From the IMG/VR virus record IMGVR_UViG_3300044655_001909: a stretch of 64,000 nt of DNA. One strand, 5' to 3'. The stretch's first letter is position 1, and the number at the start of each line of letters is the position of its first letter. The notes under the pieces were generated by a model. It did no database searches. It saw only the letters and a program-made list of their open reading frames with translations, and was not told the DNA's origin. Source of the stretch: an uncultured virus (IMG/VR IMGVR_UViG_3300044655_001909) (taxonomy: Duplodnaviria > Heunggongvirae > Uroviricota > Caudoviricetes). The translations under genes and the position numbers were made by a program. Below are positions 9,827-19,553 of the stretch, piece after piece.

Positions 9827-10384
9827 TTAGTATCTACTAGGAAATTCACTTTCTTTTCTAGAACGATAAAATGGTTCTTTATCGAAACATTTTTTTATCT
9901 CACAAGCTTTTTTCCAAGCAACAAATTCTGGACTATGTTCAGCAGGATTATCAAAATCATGATTTGAAAAGTTATTTTGATAATCTTTTAATTCATCATT
10001 CGATAAAGACATAAAGTATTTAAAGGTTCCTTTTGTATTTTCTTTATCCCAAGCACTTCTAAATAAATCCTTTTCTTTATCGTCCATAAATCTTAAATCA
10101 GGATTACCTTTATCAATAGTATCAACAATCTCATCTGAGGATTTACCTTTATATTTATCTCTTGCAATTTTAAGATAAGAATTTACTCTGACATCTCTAA
10201 AATGATCATCTAAACCTTCTTTTAAATCTTCATCTTCATCATAATCTTCACCAGTACATTGACAAGGTATACAATCACATTCAGTACAAACTTCTTCTTT
10301 TAAATCTTCTTCATTATTTAATTGAATAGGATTCCAACTCCCCATTGGATCTAACATTTCATTAAACTTTTTTAAGTATTTCAT
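9827..10384 (-). CDS. Hypothetical protein with leader MKYLKKFNE and CxxCxCxxCxC cluster
   Basis: Likely start 10384; CTECDCIPCQC; AATATATAC upstream. Confidence 0.7.
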   Translation of the reverse strand: MKYLKKFNEMLDPMGSWNPIQLNNEEDLKEEVCTECDCIPCQCTGEDYDEDEDLKEGLDDHFRDVRVNSYLKIARDKYKGKSSDEIVDTIDKGNPDLRFMDDKEKDLFRSAWDKENTKGTFKYFMSLSNDELKDYQNNFSNHDFDNPAEHSPEFVAWKKACEIKKCFDKEPFYRSRKESEFPSRY

Positions 10385-10423
10385 AATATACAAATTTTTT
10401 ATTAAAGTATATATTAAATAATA

Positions 10424-10449
10424 AAACTTATTTTTGTTTTTCTCTATAA
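10424..10449 (+). promoter_or_regulatory. Putative phage promoter AAAC-N17-TATAA
   Basis: AAACTTATTTTTGTTTTTCTCTATAA, 21 nt before ATG 10471. Confidence 0.5.
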
Positions 10450-10470
10450 ATAAGAAAATAATTAAATTAA

Positions 10471-11646
10471 ATGGGGAAATTAGCCTTAAATTTTATATGT
10501 AAAAATGAATCACATGTAATTGAAAGAATGCTTAATAGTGCCAAATCAATCACAGATTTGATTGTAGTTAATGACACTGGTTCTACTGATGGAACTCAAG
10601 ATATTATCAGAAAGTTTGGTGAAGAAAATAACATACCAACATATGTTTTTGAAAGACCTTTCGACGATTTTGAAAAAAGTCGTACTTGGGCAATGACAAA
10701 ATTATCAGAGGTTGTCGCTGAATTAAAATGGGATGCTGATAAAGTACACGGATACTGGTTTGATTGTGATGAACAATTAATTATCGATCCAACTTTTAAC
10801 AAAAATCAATTCACTGCAGACCTTTATATGATCAACACTTATATCGGTCAAATGAAATATACAAGAAATACTTTCTTTAAAGTTTCTAAACCCTTTAAGT
10901 GGTATGGCCCTGTGCATGAGTTCATTGTATGTGAGGATCAAAATATTACTTCTGGATTAGCTACGGGTATTCATGTAAATGTAAGTATGGATGGTGCCTC
11001 TTGGCAAGGTAAAATATCAGAAAAGTATTTATCTCACTCGCATAAGTTAGAAACTTATATCAATGAAAATCGTCAAGATCCAAGATGGATTTTCTATACC
11101 GCACAATCTTATCACGATTCAGCATCTATTCCAGATAACAAAGATGAGAATGAAGAAAGATTAAGACGTTCTTTGAAATACTACAAAGAAAGAACAGAAA
11201 GAACTGATGGTTATGTTGAAGAAATATATTACTCACACTATCGTATGGGTACTATTATGAGAAGTTTAGAACATCCTTGGAACCTAACATTACAACAATG
11301 TTTAAAAGCTTATGCAATTGATCCGTTAAGAGGTGAATCAATTAAAACAATTGTTGATTATTATTTACAAATGGGAGAATGGCATCTAGCTTACTTATAT
11401 ACTAAGTTTGGGTATGAAAATTTTCACGGTAAAAATCCTTATCCTAAGAAACTTTTATTCGTAGATGAATCACTTTACGTTTGGAAATTTGCAGAGGCAC
11501 ATGCTGCGGCTTGTTTCTATACAGGAAGAACTGATGAAGCTAAAAAAGTTTATACACAAATACTTGCAGCAGTTAAATCAAATCCTGGTTCATTTACACC
11601 AGATGATTTACAAAAAATTGAAATGAACGGACAATTCTTTAGATAA
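10471..11646 (+). CDS. Glycosyltransferase family 2 with C-terminal TPR-like repeats
   Basis: ICKNE, VNDTGSTDGT, FDCDE, GPVHE; helical repeats follow. Confidence 0.9.
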   Translation: MGKLALNFICKNESHVIERMLNSAKSITDLIVVNDTGSTDGTQDIIRKFGEENNIPTYVFERPFDDFEKSRTWAMTKLSEVVAELKWDADKVHGYWFDCDEQLIIDPTFNKNQFTADLYMINTYIGQMKYTRNTFFKVSKPFKWYGPVHEFIVCEDQNITSGLATGIHVNVSMDGASWQGKISEKYLSHSHKLETYINENRQDPRWIFYTAQSYHDSASIPDNKDENEERLRRSLKYYKERTERTDGYVEEIYYSHYRMGTIMRSLEHPWNLTLQQCLKAYAIDPLRGESIKTIVDYYLQMGEWHLAYLYTKFGYENFHGKNPYPKKLLFVDESLYVWKFAEAHAAACFYTGRTDEAKKVYTQILAAVKSNPGSFTPDDLQKIEMNGQFFR

Positions 11647-12065
11647 TGGGTAAGATGTACACACTAGCAATAGTAAGTAAAGCAGCACAAAGAGAAGCTA
11701 AGTTAGGGTCACTATTAAGTGACTCTGACGAAGTTTTTGATATACCATTTGAGTTTATTTGGTCAAAAAATGGTAAACTACAAAAAGAAATAAGTTTGAA
11801 AATAAAAGCTTATAAAACTTTAGGTGGTGCAACTAGAGAATGTGCCAAGATAAATAAAAAGTATGCTAATAAATCAATGAGATTAAATTATGGTATGAGT
11901 ATTGATAGGAAATGGGTAACATCTTTTAATTTTGATACATCACAATATGCTTTCGTAGTTATTGATATAACTGAAAAGTGGAATCAACACATAGATAGTG
12001 AAGTTATAAAAGAAACTGCTATATATAATAGAGCGGTTCAAAAATTAAATTCCTTAAAAGTATAA
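11646..12065 (+). CDS. Hypothetical protein with N-proximal QREAKLGSLL motif
   Basis: TAATG-coupled ORF. Confidence 0.65.
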   Translation: MGKMYTLAIVSKAAQREAKLGSLLSDSDEVFDIPFEFIWSKNGKLQKEISLKIKAYKTLGGATRECAKINKKYANKSMRLNYGMSIDRKWVTSFNFDTSQYAFVVIDITEKWNQHIDSEVIKETAIYNRAVQKLNSLKV

Positions 12066-12092
12066 AAAAAATCACTCAAATGAGTGATTTTT
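12064..12092. terminator. Bidirectional terminator
   Basis: AAAAATCACTCA-AA-TGAGTGATTTTT. Confidence 0.8.
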
Positions 12093-12831
12093 ATTTTTTT
12101 ATCCATTCTTTAAATCTGATAATAGATTCGTTTAATGTTTCCACAAAATCAAATTCTCTAAGAAAGTCACCAAAATCCTCAAGATAACCTTTTTTACTTT
12201 CATCAAACTTATCTTTAGTCCATTGCCAATTAAATGATAGAATATCAGGTGTCTTAAATCCAAAGAATCCCAATACTTCCTTTTCTAATGTTATTGCTTC
12301 TTTACCATTCCAGTTGTGACCAGTTGCAATAATACCACATTCTTTGTTTTTTAATAAATTAGATTCACCTAATGTAGCATGTCTGTTTTCTAACCAAGTT
12401 AATCTTTCAATTAATTCACCATAAATAGAATTCATTTTACCCCAACGTATAGATCCAAAAAATATTATTATATCCGCATCAAAAATAGCATTTGCGACCT
12501 TGTACATTTCATCAGTTTTATTGTTGAGTGCTGCCCAACATCTAATATTTCCAGTAGGATTTTTTTCTTTATCAATCAACTTTGCTTGTTTAAGACCACA
12601 AGTGTTTCCTCTTTTAGTTGATACATTTCCTTCACAAGGAAATATTTTAAGTTTTGAAACATTGATAAGATTAATATTATCAGAACCTAGTTTCTTTATC
12701 AATTCATCCGCAATCATGGATGATTTGGGTAGTTCTTTATCTCCCTCCCATCTGTTAGATGTGGTTAGAAAAAGTATTTTCTTTTTATTATTCTTTTTAA
12801 GATAGTTATAAAGTCTTTTTAATTTATCCAT
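12091..12831 (-). CDS. Flavodoxin-fold protein (NADPH-dependent FMN reductase / iron-sulfur flavoprotein-like)
   Basis: ILFLTTSNR, IFPCEG, ADIIIFFGSIRWG, LIERL, GIIATG motifs. Confidence 0.75.
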   Translation of the reverse strand: MDKLKRLYNYLKKNNKKKILFLTTSNRWEGDKELPKSSMIADELIKKLGSDNINLINVSKLKIFPCEGNVSTKRGNTCGLKQAKLIDKEKNPTGNIRCWAALNNKTDEMYKVANAIFDADIIIFFGSIRWGKMNSIYGELIERLTWLENRHATLGESNLLKNKECGIIATGHNWNGKEAITLEKEVLGFFGFKTPDILSFNWQWTKDKFDESKKGYLEDFGDFLREFDFVETLNESIIRFKEWIKK

Positions 12832-12842
12832 ACATTATATAT

Positions 12843-12878
12843 AAAAAAAGAAACATCACTTTTTCAAGTGATGTTTCT
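12843..12878 (-). terminator. Intrinsic terminator
   Basis: AGAAACATCACTT-loop-AAGTGATGTTTCT with adjacent A run (U tail on minus strand). Confidence 0.75.
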
Positions 12879-12894
12879 AAAAATAAATGTATTT

Positions 12895-13062
12895 TTATTT
12901 TTTTCTTTTGTTCAATACTGATAAAACAACACCAGTTAATGTAACTACTGCACCAATTGCTTCTTGGATTAAACCAGCTTCTAATAAACCATTAGTTAGT
13001 AAAACACCTCCAACAAATGTAAGAGTGTGTCTAAGTAAACCTAAAATTTCTTCTTTATTCAT
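12895..13062 (-). CDS. Small two-TM putative holin (55 aa; absent from the ORF track)
   Basis: Hand translation MNKEEILGLLRHTLTFVGGVLLTNGLLEAGLIQEAIGAVVTLTGVVLSVLNKRKK: two hydrophobic helices, basic C-terminus. Confidence 0.7.
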   Translation of the reverse strand: MNKEEILGLLRHTLTFVGGVLLTNGLLEAGLIQEAIGAVVTLTGVVLSVLNKRKK

Positions 13063-13239
13063 AGTTTTTATTTATTTTTTGTTATGAGTATGTGGTCACA
13101 TATTCACATTATCTATATATTTTACTCAAAAATAAGTGTTATGGAAGGATCATAAAAAACCAATTAAAAAGAAACACCACTTAAAAAATAAGTGGTGTCT
13201 GACCAGAAATGCTATTTCTGGTGGGGTTCTTAGCTTTAT

Positions 13240-13410
13240 TTAAGCATACGACCAATTACTTGAATCGTTGTGATCATCTAATTCATCTTCCTCAAGTTCG
13301 TTATGTTTTTTTTTAGCTTTTTGAATCATTTTAATTTTAGATTTTACTCTATCAAGAAATCTTTTTTTAATGTGATCAGATCTTAGAATTATTTTTACAA
13401 TTTTTCTCAT
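13240..13410 (-). CDS. Small bipolar (basic then acidic) protein, 56 aa (absent from the ORF track)
   Basis: Hand translation MRKIVKIILRSDHIKKRFLDRVKSKIKMIQKAKKKHNELEEDELDDHNDSSNWSYA; starts 10 nt after the upstream stop. Confidence 0.5.
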   Translation of the reverse strand: MRKIVKIILRSDHIKKRFLDRVKSKIKMIQKAKKKHNELEEDELDDHNDSSNWSYA

Positions 13411-13420
13411 TTTTAACTTT

Positions 13421-14449
13421 TTAATTTTTTAATTTTAATAACCATTGTAGTTTGGCTTTTATGTTATAAAATCCCAAACTAAAACTTTGTAACCAAGTAA
13501 TAAACCCTCTACATTTGTATGCAATTTTTAATTTTCTAACAATACCCTTGTGTGACGTCGGTGACACCTTCATAATCCAAGGCATCCAACTTATATCATC
13601 AGAAGCTACTATTGGAACTTTAGCTGTTACAAAGTCAGCTGTAACGATATTAAATGATTCAGAAAAAGATACTTGCATACCTATATCCATTTTAGATGCG
13701 GCTTCCAAAAATTCGGCATGTTTATACCATTTATGTTCAATAAGATCATGTTCAGAATGTTCGAATAACGCTTGAATGTTTCTTAATGCGTTGTCACCAG
13801 ATTGTTCTATTCTGGTTCCATTTATATGAAATCTTAATGTTTTACCTATTTGTTCAGCAAACTCTATTGCAGCCATTGCTTGTTGGTATGTATTCTTCAT
13901 AGGTCTAATTGCACCAAAAGAACCAATATCAACAAAGTCTTCACTTTTCACATGTTTTTCAGGTGTGAATGGTTTTGCTTTATAAATATTTGGTAAAAAT
14001 ATAAATTTACCTGATGGGAAACAATAAGTTAATTGTTCAGTAAGTTCTGTTGTGTTTGGAGCTATCTCAATTTTCAAATCTTTAATAGATGTATATTGTT
14101 TTATCCATCTAGTTGCAATACCTTCATTAGCTAAGAATGGTGCTTTTGAATGTAATCTAACTATCCATCTTCTATTTTTGTGTCTTTGTAATTGAAACAA
14201 CTCTTTGAACTTTGCGGGTGGAACCCAAATAGCTTCAATTATAACTACGTCTGGATTAAATTCAGTCACAACTCTATCAATTTGATTTGAGTCAACTACT
14301 GGTGTAATCTTAGCTTCAAAATCATTTTCATTTAGATAATTAACAACAAAACTAGCAGAATTAAATAACCCAGAAGTAACACCATAAGTGTCTTTTACTC
14401 TATCACATGTTATAAACTGTATACGTTTTTTTGGGGTTATTTGTTTCAT
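13421..14449 (-). CDS. GT-B fold glycosyltransferase (GT4-like)
   Basis: GSFGAIRPMKN, SFSESFNIVTAD, VPIVAS motifs. Confidence 0.8.
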   Translation of the reverse strand: MKQITPKKRIQFITCDRVKDTYGVTSGLFNSASFVVNYLNENDFEAKITPVVDSNQIDRVVTEFNPDVVIIEAIWVPPAKFKELFQLQRHKNRRWIVRLHSKAPFLANEGIATRWIKQYTSIKDLKIEIAPNTTELTEQLTYCFPSGKFIFLPNIYKAKPFTPEKHVKSEDFVDIGSFGAIRPMKNTYQQAMAAIEFAEQIGKTLRFHINGTRIEQSGDNALRNIQALFEHSEHDLIEHKWYKHAEFLEAASKMDIGMQVSFSESFNIVTADFVTAKVPIVASDDISWMPWIMKVSPTSHKGIVRKLKIAYKCRGFITWLQSFSLGFYNIKAKLQWLLKLKN

Positions 14450-14455
14450 TTAGAC

Positions 14456-14638
14456 TTAATTATTTTTTTCAATAAGTCTTTCAACTTGTTTAGTCATCGC
14501 GGCTATTCTTCCTTTGAGAGCATTTTTATCTGTTTTATCTATATCTAAGTTAAGACCTTCTAGTCTTTTCTTTAACAACATTAATGATTTTAATGTATCA
14601 TCATCTAATGATTCGTTGAAACTTTTAAAGTCTTTCAT
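14456..14638 (-). CDS. Small protein with leader MKDFKSFNES
   Basis: Leader motif; directly follows the upstream gene. Confidence 0.65.
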   Translation of the reverse strand: MKDFKSFNESLDDDTLKSLMLLKKRLEGLNLDIDKTDKNALKGRIAAMTKQVERLIEKNN

Positions 14639-14639
14639 T

Positions 14640-14969
14640 TTATTTACAACAATCTTTTATTACAGAAGTTATTTCTGCTTTAATTTTTCCTAACTCATTA
14701 TACTTAAATTCTTCACCAAATTTTTCTCCTTTTTTCTTAACAGTGATTTTCTCATCACGAAACATAACTTGTCCAATATGTTCTCCATCAAAATGAATTT
14801 CAAAATCATCTCCAACTTGTTTAGTTTTACACTCTTTATTTTTGATATGATCTTCAACTGCTTTTCTTAATTGGTCTTTCTTATCCTCCTTGGTTTTGTT
14901 ACCGTAAGGATTTTTAGAAGCTTTTTCAGCCTTACCTTCAAAAAGGTTAAATGATAATAGGTTTTTCAT
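14640..14969 (-). CDS. Protein with leader MKNLLSFNLFEG
   Basis: Leader motif; AATATATAA upstream. Confidence 0.7.
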   Translation of the reverse strand: MKNLLSFNLFEGKAEKASKNPYGNKTKEDKKDQLRKAVEDHIKNKECKTKQVGDDFEIHFDGEHIGQVMFRDEKITVKKKGEKFGEEFKYNELGKIKAEITSVIKDCCK

Positions 14970-15055
14970 TATTTATCTATTTTTTTACAAGTTATATATT
15001 AAATAATAAAACTACTTTTAGAACTTTATATCAATATTTTAAAAAAAATATGATA

Positions 15056-15090
15056 AAAAAAAATAGACACTTAAAAGTGTCTATTTTTTT
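15056..15090. terminator. Intrinsic terminator
   Basis: AAAAAATAGACACTT-AA-AAGTGTCTATTTTTT. Confidence 0.8.
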
Positions 15091-15727
15091 ATTTTGAGAG
15101 TAACTTGATTAAGTCTTCTGTGATTTTAGTGATTAGTAATTTATCATCTATTTTAATTTTAGATATGTTAGTTACTTTACTATACTTATCATTACCATCT
15201 ACACCAATTTTAGCAACTGCTTCACATATAGCTTTATTACCTCTATGTTTAGTGATATAATATGATTTTAACTCATTCACAAATTGATTAAGATCAACTC
15301 CTTCTTTATGATTATATTTAACCATTTGAAGTTCATCAGCTTGTGATTCAACCATAATATACCATATAGATTTTTTCGAGATCTTAACATTCTCAAGAAA
15401 ATTAAATGCTTTAGAAGCTTTTACACCATTAGGGAATTTTGCAACTCTACCATATGTTTTTACGTCCTCATTTTTAGGAGCTTCTGGATATTCATCATTC
15501 TCTTCATCTTGTTCAAAATCTTGATCGTGATCAGTAGGTTCAATGTTCTTTGGTGAAAAACGTTTTTCTACTTTATTTGTAGTTGAAGATACATTAGGAA
15601 TCATTGGTCTGTCAGAATCAGTCTGCGGAGCTAGATCCAATGAAGGATCAACCTCTTCTATTTTACTAGAACCAGCTTTAATATCTGAAAACTTCTTAAA
15701 GCCTACTATTTTTTTACTTTCTGCCAT
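15089..15727 (-). CDS. Hypothetical protein (N-terminal FKKF motif, acidic linker)
   Basis: ORF with WATATATA upstream. Confidence 0.65.
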   Translation of the reverse strand: MAESKKIVGFKKFSDIKAGSSKIEEVDPSLDLAPQTDSDRPMIPNVSSTTNKVEKRFSPKNIEPTDHDQDFEQDEENDEYPEAPKNEDVKTYGRVAKFPNGVKASKAFNFLENVKISKKSIWYIMVESQADELQMVKYNHKEGVDLNQFVNELKSYYITKHRGNKAICEAVAKIGVDGNDKYSKVTNISKIKIDDKLLITKITEDLIKLLSK

Positions 15728-15794
15728 GTTTAATTACTTTTTTATTGTTTATTATATATTATATATTAGAAATGGTTTTCTTTATTTTTCATTA

Positions 15795-16040
15795 TTATTT
15801 GTACCAATCTTTATCTACCATATAATTTTTGAAGTTTTTGATAATATTCATTCTATCAAATAAAGAAGCAACCAATGGTTGTAGTCTTGTTAGGAATCCA
15901 TTCATCATATTATTCTCATACATATAAGGAGAAAGGTTTCTACTTAATATAGTTTTCTCATAATCAACGAAATCATTGTCATTATCGTGTCTATGCTTCA
16001 TATAATAAAGTTCAGGTAGTTGTCTATCTCTATATAACAT
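15795..16040 (-). CDS. Small protein coupled to the baseplate wedge gene
   Basis: TAATG overlap with the gp6-like gene. Confidence 0.6.
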   Translation of the reverse strand: MLYRDRQLPELYYMKHRHDNDNDFVDYEKTILSRNLSPYMYENNMMNGFLTRLQPLVASLFDRMNIIKNFKNYMVDKDWYK

Positions 16041-17764
16041 TATGTATTAGGTCTATTTTTTGAATCAACCGTTCCTTTCTTAATAATGTTTACTGAACGT
16101 AAACCATTACCATCAACAGAATCAGAATAATAAACACCATTTCTATCATAGAAACCACCTCTTATTACAGGAATTTCATTTGGTTCAAAAATAATGTCTC
16201 CTAAGACAGGATCTAAACCTTGTACACTATAAGGGTTATAACCAGGTACTAAAGTCGCTGTAGAGATGTCTGTGTTGAAACTAGAAGCATATTTGTTTAC
16301 TTTGTTAGCAGCCATTGTCATATTCTCATTATGGTAATCTTCATTCTTTTTAGATATAAATTGAATATCAACTGAGTGAATGTCTGTAATTGTAGATAAT
16401 TCTCTAATAATATCTAATTTAGGAACTCTATCTATTCTCGATAGATCTAAGAAATACTCAGATATTTTATCTAAAATCTGTGCATTAACTGAATCATCAG
16501 TTGCATCAGAATAGCTTATTACAAATATATTTACAACATAATATGAAATAACTGGTGAAATTACTTTATACTTTCTTGTTAATTGAATATTACCACCTGT
16601 TCTTAAATATTTATCTATTTTAGATTTCTCATAGTTATCTAAAATAAAAGCAGCCATATCAATTGAAAAGTAGTCTGCATTTTGATTTTTAAATAATCTA
16701 ATATTTGGTGTTGCAACGATGAATATAGTTCCTGATTTCTCATAAGCATTAACGTGTGAGAATACACCAAGTCTTTTAATTGCATAAGCGTATTGTTGTG
16801 GTAAAGCTAATACAAAGTTATTAGAAGAGATTGGTAAAATGTTTTTAGTGAATAATAAACTTTCTTTATCAGCACCAAAGTTTATATCTGTATAAATTTC
16901 TATATTAAATACTTTATCAACATTGATTGCTTGACCATCTGCACTCAACATATCATCAATAAACTTAAAATCATTAGATGTTCTTCTAAATATGTTTCCT
17001 AATTGTCCGTCAGTAATTAAATATCTTACTTCAATGATAGAACCGATTGTAGGAATAGCACCAAATCCTTCATTACCAAATACAATATCAATACCACCAT
17101 CAAAACCAGTTCTAACAACACACGCCGTTTCACCTGGTAACATTTCCCATATATGGTTTTTAGTTGGCCAGAAATCACCGTTAACTAAAACTTGTACATT
17201 AAAGTTCTCTACATCTTTACGTCCAATTTCTTTAACTGAAAGGGTTTGTAATGCAGTACCATCACCAGTGTAGTTTTTTGTTTGCCATCTACCTTGAATA
17301 ATTGGTACAAAAAATTGATAGTTTGGTGTTATTCTATGTGTGATAACATCTGTTCCTAAGTTTAATGAATAATCTAATCCATTAGTTTTATTTTTAATAT
17401 TGTTTTTATTAATTAGTGTTATTCTACCACCTGGTATATCTGCTTCAATGTCAGCAGAAGATTTTAAAACAAACTTTAAAGTACCAGTTGCTGATATACC
17501 TCTACCTGGATTATGTCCAGCATATATAGCAGCATTTCTAATAACTCTTTCGTTATTAGAATTAACTTGACTTAAATCAAATTGATTTATTGCATTTTTT
17601 AAATAAAGTAATGATAACTGATGTAAGTTTTCTAGAACTAATAAGATTTGCCCATACGGACTCGCCGCAGTGAAAAGTATATTAGCTTTATTATATTCTT
17701 CTTTTAAAAAACGTTCTATCTCAGACTTAATATTTGAAAATGATATAGAGGTAAAATTTGACAT
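16040..17764 (-). CDS. Baseplate wedge subunit (T4 gp6 / baseplate J-like)
   Basis: N-terminal SFSNIKSEI..FLK, A..A...GHNP...SA, IVFGNEGFGAIP..GSIIEVRY.ITDG motifs. Confidence 0.8.
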   Translation of the reverse strand: MSNFTSISFSNIKSEIERFLKEEYNKANILFTAASPYGQILLVLENLHQLSLLYLKNAINQFDLSQVNSNNERVIRNAAIYAGHNPGRGISATGTLKFVLKSSADIEADIPGGRITLINKNNIKNKTNGLDYSLNLGTDVITHRITPNYQFFVPIIQGRWQTKNYTGDGTALQTLSVKEIGRKDVENFNVQVLVNGDFWPTKNHIWEMLPGETACVVRTGFDGGIDIVFGNEGFGAIPTIGSIIEVRYLITDGQLGNIFRRTSNDFKFIDDMLSADGQAINVDKVFNIEIYTDINFGADKESLLFTKNILPISSNNFVLALPQQYAYAIKRLGVFSHVNAYEKSGTIFIVATPNIRLFKNQNADYFSIDMAAFILDNYEKSKIDKYLRTGGNIQLTRKYKVISPVISYYVVNIFVISYSDATDDSVNAQILDKISEYFLDLSRIDRVPKLDIIRELSTITDIHSVDIQFISKKNEDYHNENMTMAANKVNKYASSFNTDISTATLVPGYNPYSVQGLDPVLGDIIFEPNEIPVIRGGFYDRNGVYYSDSVDGNGLRSVNIIKKGTVDSKNRPNT

Positions 17765-17769
17765 TTTTA

Positions 17770-18096
17770 TTAGTTATTTATTTTGTTAAGATAATCAGAA
17801 TCAAATCTATTTTTCTCTAAAACTTCTTGAACATCTGTTGAGAACATTTCAATTTTTGAAGTTCTTTCAACTAAGTCAGAACTCTCATTTAATGGGTTTG
17901 AAAAGTATGACCACTCAAATATATTTTTCTCAGCTTCAGTCTTTCTAAGAATAACTTTAACTTCTTTATTTCCCTCTAAAATTGATAGTTCAAAGTAGTT
18001 ACCTAATTTTAAATCAGACTTCTCTGTGATAGTTACCTCTTCAAATTTATTCTGAAGATCGAAGTGAACTTTGTTTATATTTTGTCTTAAACTCAT
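17770..18096 (-). CDS. Hypothetical protein
   Basis: First gene of the baseplate operon; AATATATAA upstream. Confidence 0.6.
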   Translation of the reverse strand: MSLRQNINKVHFDLQNKFEEVTITEKSDLKLGNYFELSILEGNKEVKVILRKTEAEKNIFEWSYFSNPLNESSDLVERTSKIEMFSTDVQEVLEKNRFDSDYLNKINN

Positions 18097-18224
18097 AATG
18101 ATTATTTAATTTTTATTATATATTAAATTATTTTATCCACTAACTAAAAAACGAATAAAATAAAGGTATTTTAATTTTTTACTTTTCAAATTTTATATAT
18201 AAAAAGACAAAATAATCATATTAG

Positions 18225-18944
18225 ATGAACTACACAGACTTAGTACCACTTGTTGAAAAACATGGGTTAAAAGGAATTTTAACTTCTGCCGTTTTATTTG
18301 GTATTTATACACTAATTAAAAGTAATTGGTTTGGAAATTTTATGGGTAAAATTTCCGATTGGTTTATTGATAAATTCATGTCAAATAAAGTTAAAGAGGT
18401 TGAATCATCTGTTAGAAAAATAAACATTTCTGATATAGATAATCATGATGTATTTAACTATATTGACTTCTGGACTTACTCAAAAGTTCCAACATTTCAA
18501 TTCTCAACAGAATATAGAACTGTGGTATTTAGAAAATACTTAACAATCTATCTTAAAAACTACAAGAGAAATATTGAGAAGTTCGTAGCAGGTAAAACAT
18601 ATGAAACAATGGATGAACCACAAATACTTAAAGCGTTTCTTAATCTAATAAATCAAACGGTTTATGACTATGAAAGAGAGATGGCTGAAGTTGGTATACC
18701 AGCAGTTATTATAGAGAAAATGAAAATTAAAAATAATGATAATATTCTTTTAACTATTGACTTAGTTGAAGGTATATGTTCATCTCAATTTTATGATAGT
18801 GAGAAAAACTTATTGAAAGTTTATTCTATACTAAATATTCTTATGTCAGTATTAGAAAACACTGTCAATGGATCAGAAAGTATTTGTAATACTATCAACG
18901 GTCAATTGAAAGGACTAACATTTGAAGGTAAAACTGAACCATAA
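18225..18944 (+). CDS. Hypothetical protein with N-terminal transmembrane helix
   Basis: GILTSAVLFGIYTLI; TATATATA upstream. Confidence 0.65.
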   Translation: MNYTDLVPLVEKHGLKGILTSAVLFGIYTLIKSNWFGNFMGKISDWFIDKFMSNKVKEVESSVRKINISDIDNHDVFNYIDFWTYSKVPTFQFSTEYRTVVFRKYLTIYLKNYKRNIEKFVAGKTYETMDEPQILKAFLNLINQTVYDYEREMAEVGIPAVIIEKMKIKNNDNILLTIDLVEGICSSQFYDSEKNLLKVYSILNILMSVLENTVNGSESICNTINGQLKGLTFEGKTEP

Positions 18945-18948
18945 TAAT

Positions 18949-18977
18949 AAAAAAGAGAGCAATTGCTCTCTTTTTTT
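18949..18977. terminator. Bidirectional terminator, AGAGAGC/GCTCTCT family
   Basis: AAAAAGAGAGCAATTGCTCTCTTTTT perfect palindrome. Confidence 0.85.
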
Positions 18978-19522
18978 TAATCTATTAGTGAATAAACATC
19001 ATCTGCTCCAAAGTCTGGATCTGTTATTCCTAAATCATAGTCAAAACTTTCTTTAAAATCTTCATCATCCGCATCTAATCTACGTTGTATTGAATCATTT
19101 TTATCTTGTCTATTATGTAATCTTTTTTCTCTAGTTTCTCTATCTATATTTAGATATACAACACAACATCCTTTTCGTAAATCAGCAGGTAAATCTCTAA
19201 ACTCACCAGGTGTCATAATAAAAATATCCGAATTATGAAACTCTTCAAGTGTAATACCATAATACCAAGTTTGTGGTTCTGAATCTTCAGGAGTTACTTC
19301 AAATTTTTGAAAAGATAAGAACTTATCTTCATTTAAGGTTTGAAGAAATAACTCTTCATTTATAAAATTATAATTGATACCTTGTTTTTCAAATTTTCTT
19401 ATAGGTCTTGTGGTCCACTTTAGACAAGGCTTCATACCTTTCTCTGCTAATTTTCTCATTAAGTAATCTTTTCCCGATCCAGAACCGCCAAGCAAGATCA
19501 CTTTCTCTTTCTTAATATGCAT
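18977..19522 (-). CDS. gmk: Guanylate kinase-like protein
   Basis: GGSGSGKD P-loop, WTTRPIRKFEKQGINYNF, WYYG, RRLDAD. Confidence 0.85.
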   Translation of the reverse strand: MHIKKEKVILLGGSGSGKDYLMRKLAEKGMKPCLKWTTRPIRKFEKQGINYNFINEELFLQTLNEDKFLSFQKFEVTPEDSEPQTWYYGITLEEFHNSDIFIMTPGEFRDLPADLRKGCCVVYLNIDRETREKRLHNRQDKNDSIQRRLDADDEDFKESFDYDLGITDPDFGADDVYSLID

Positions 19523-19553
19523 TATTATAGTTAATATTTTTTATTTATACAAA

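Noticed and set aside
12887..13087. Plus-strand 66-aa ORF in the track
   Set aside because: Antisense shadow of the more convincing holin-like ORF 12895..13062 (-)
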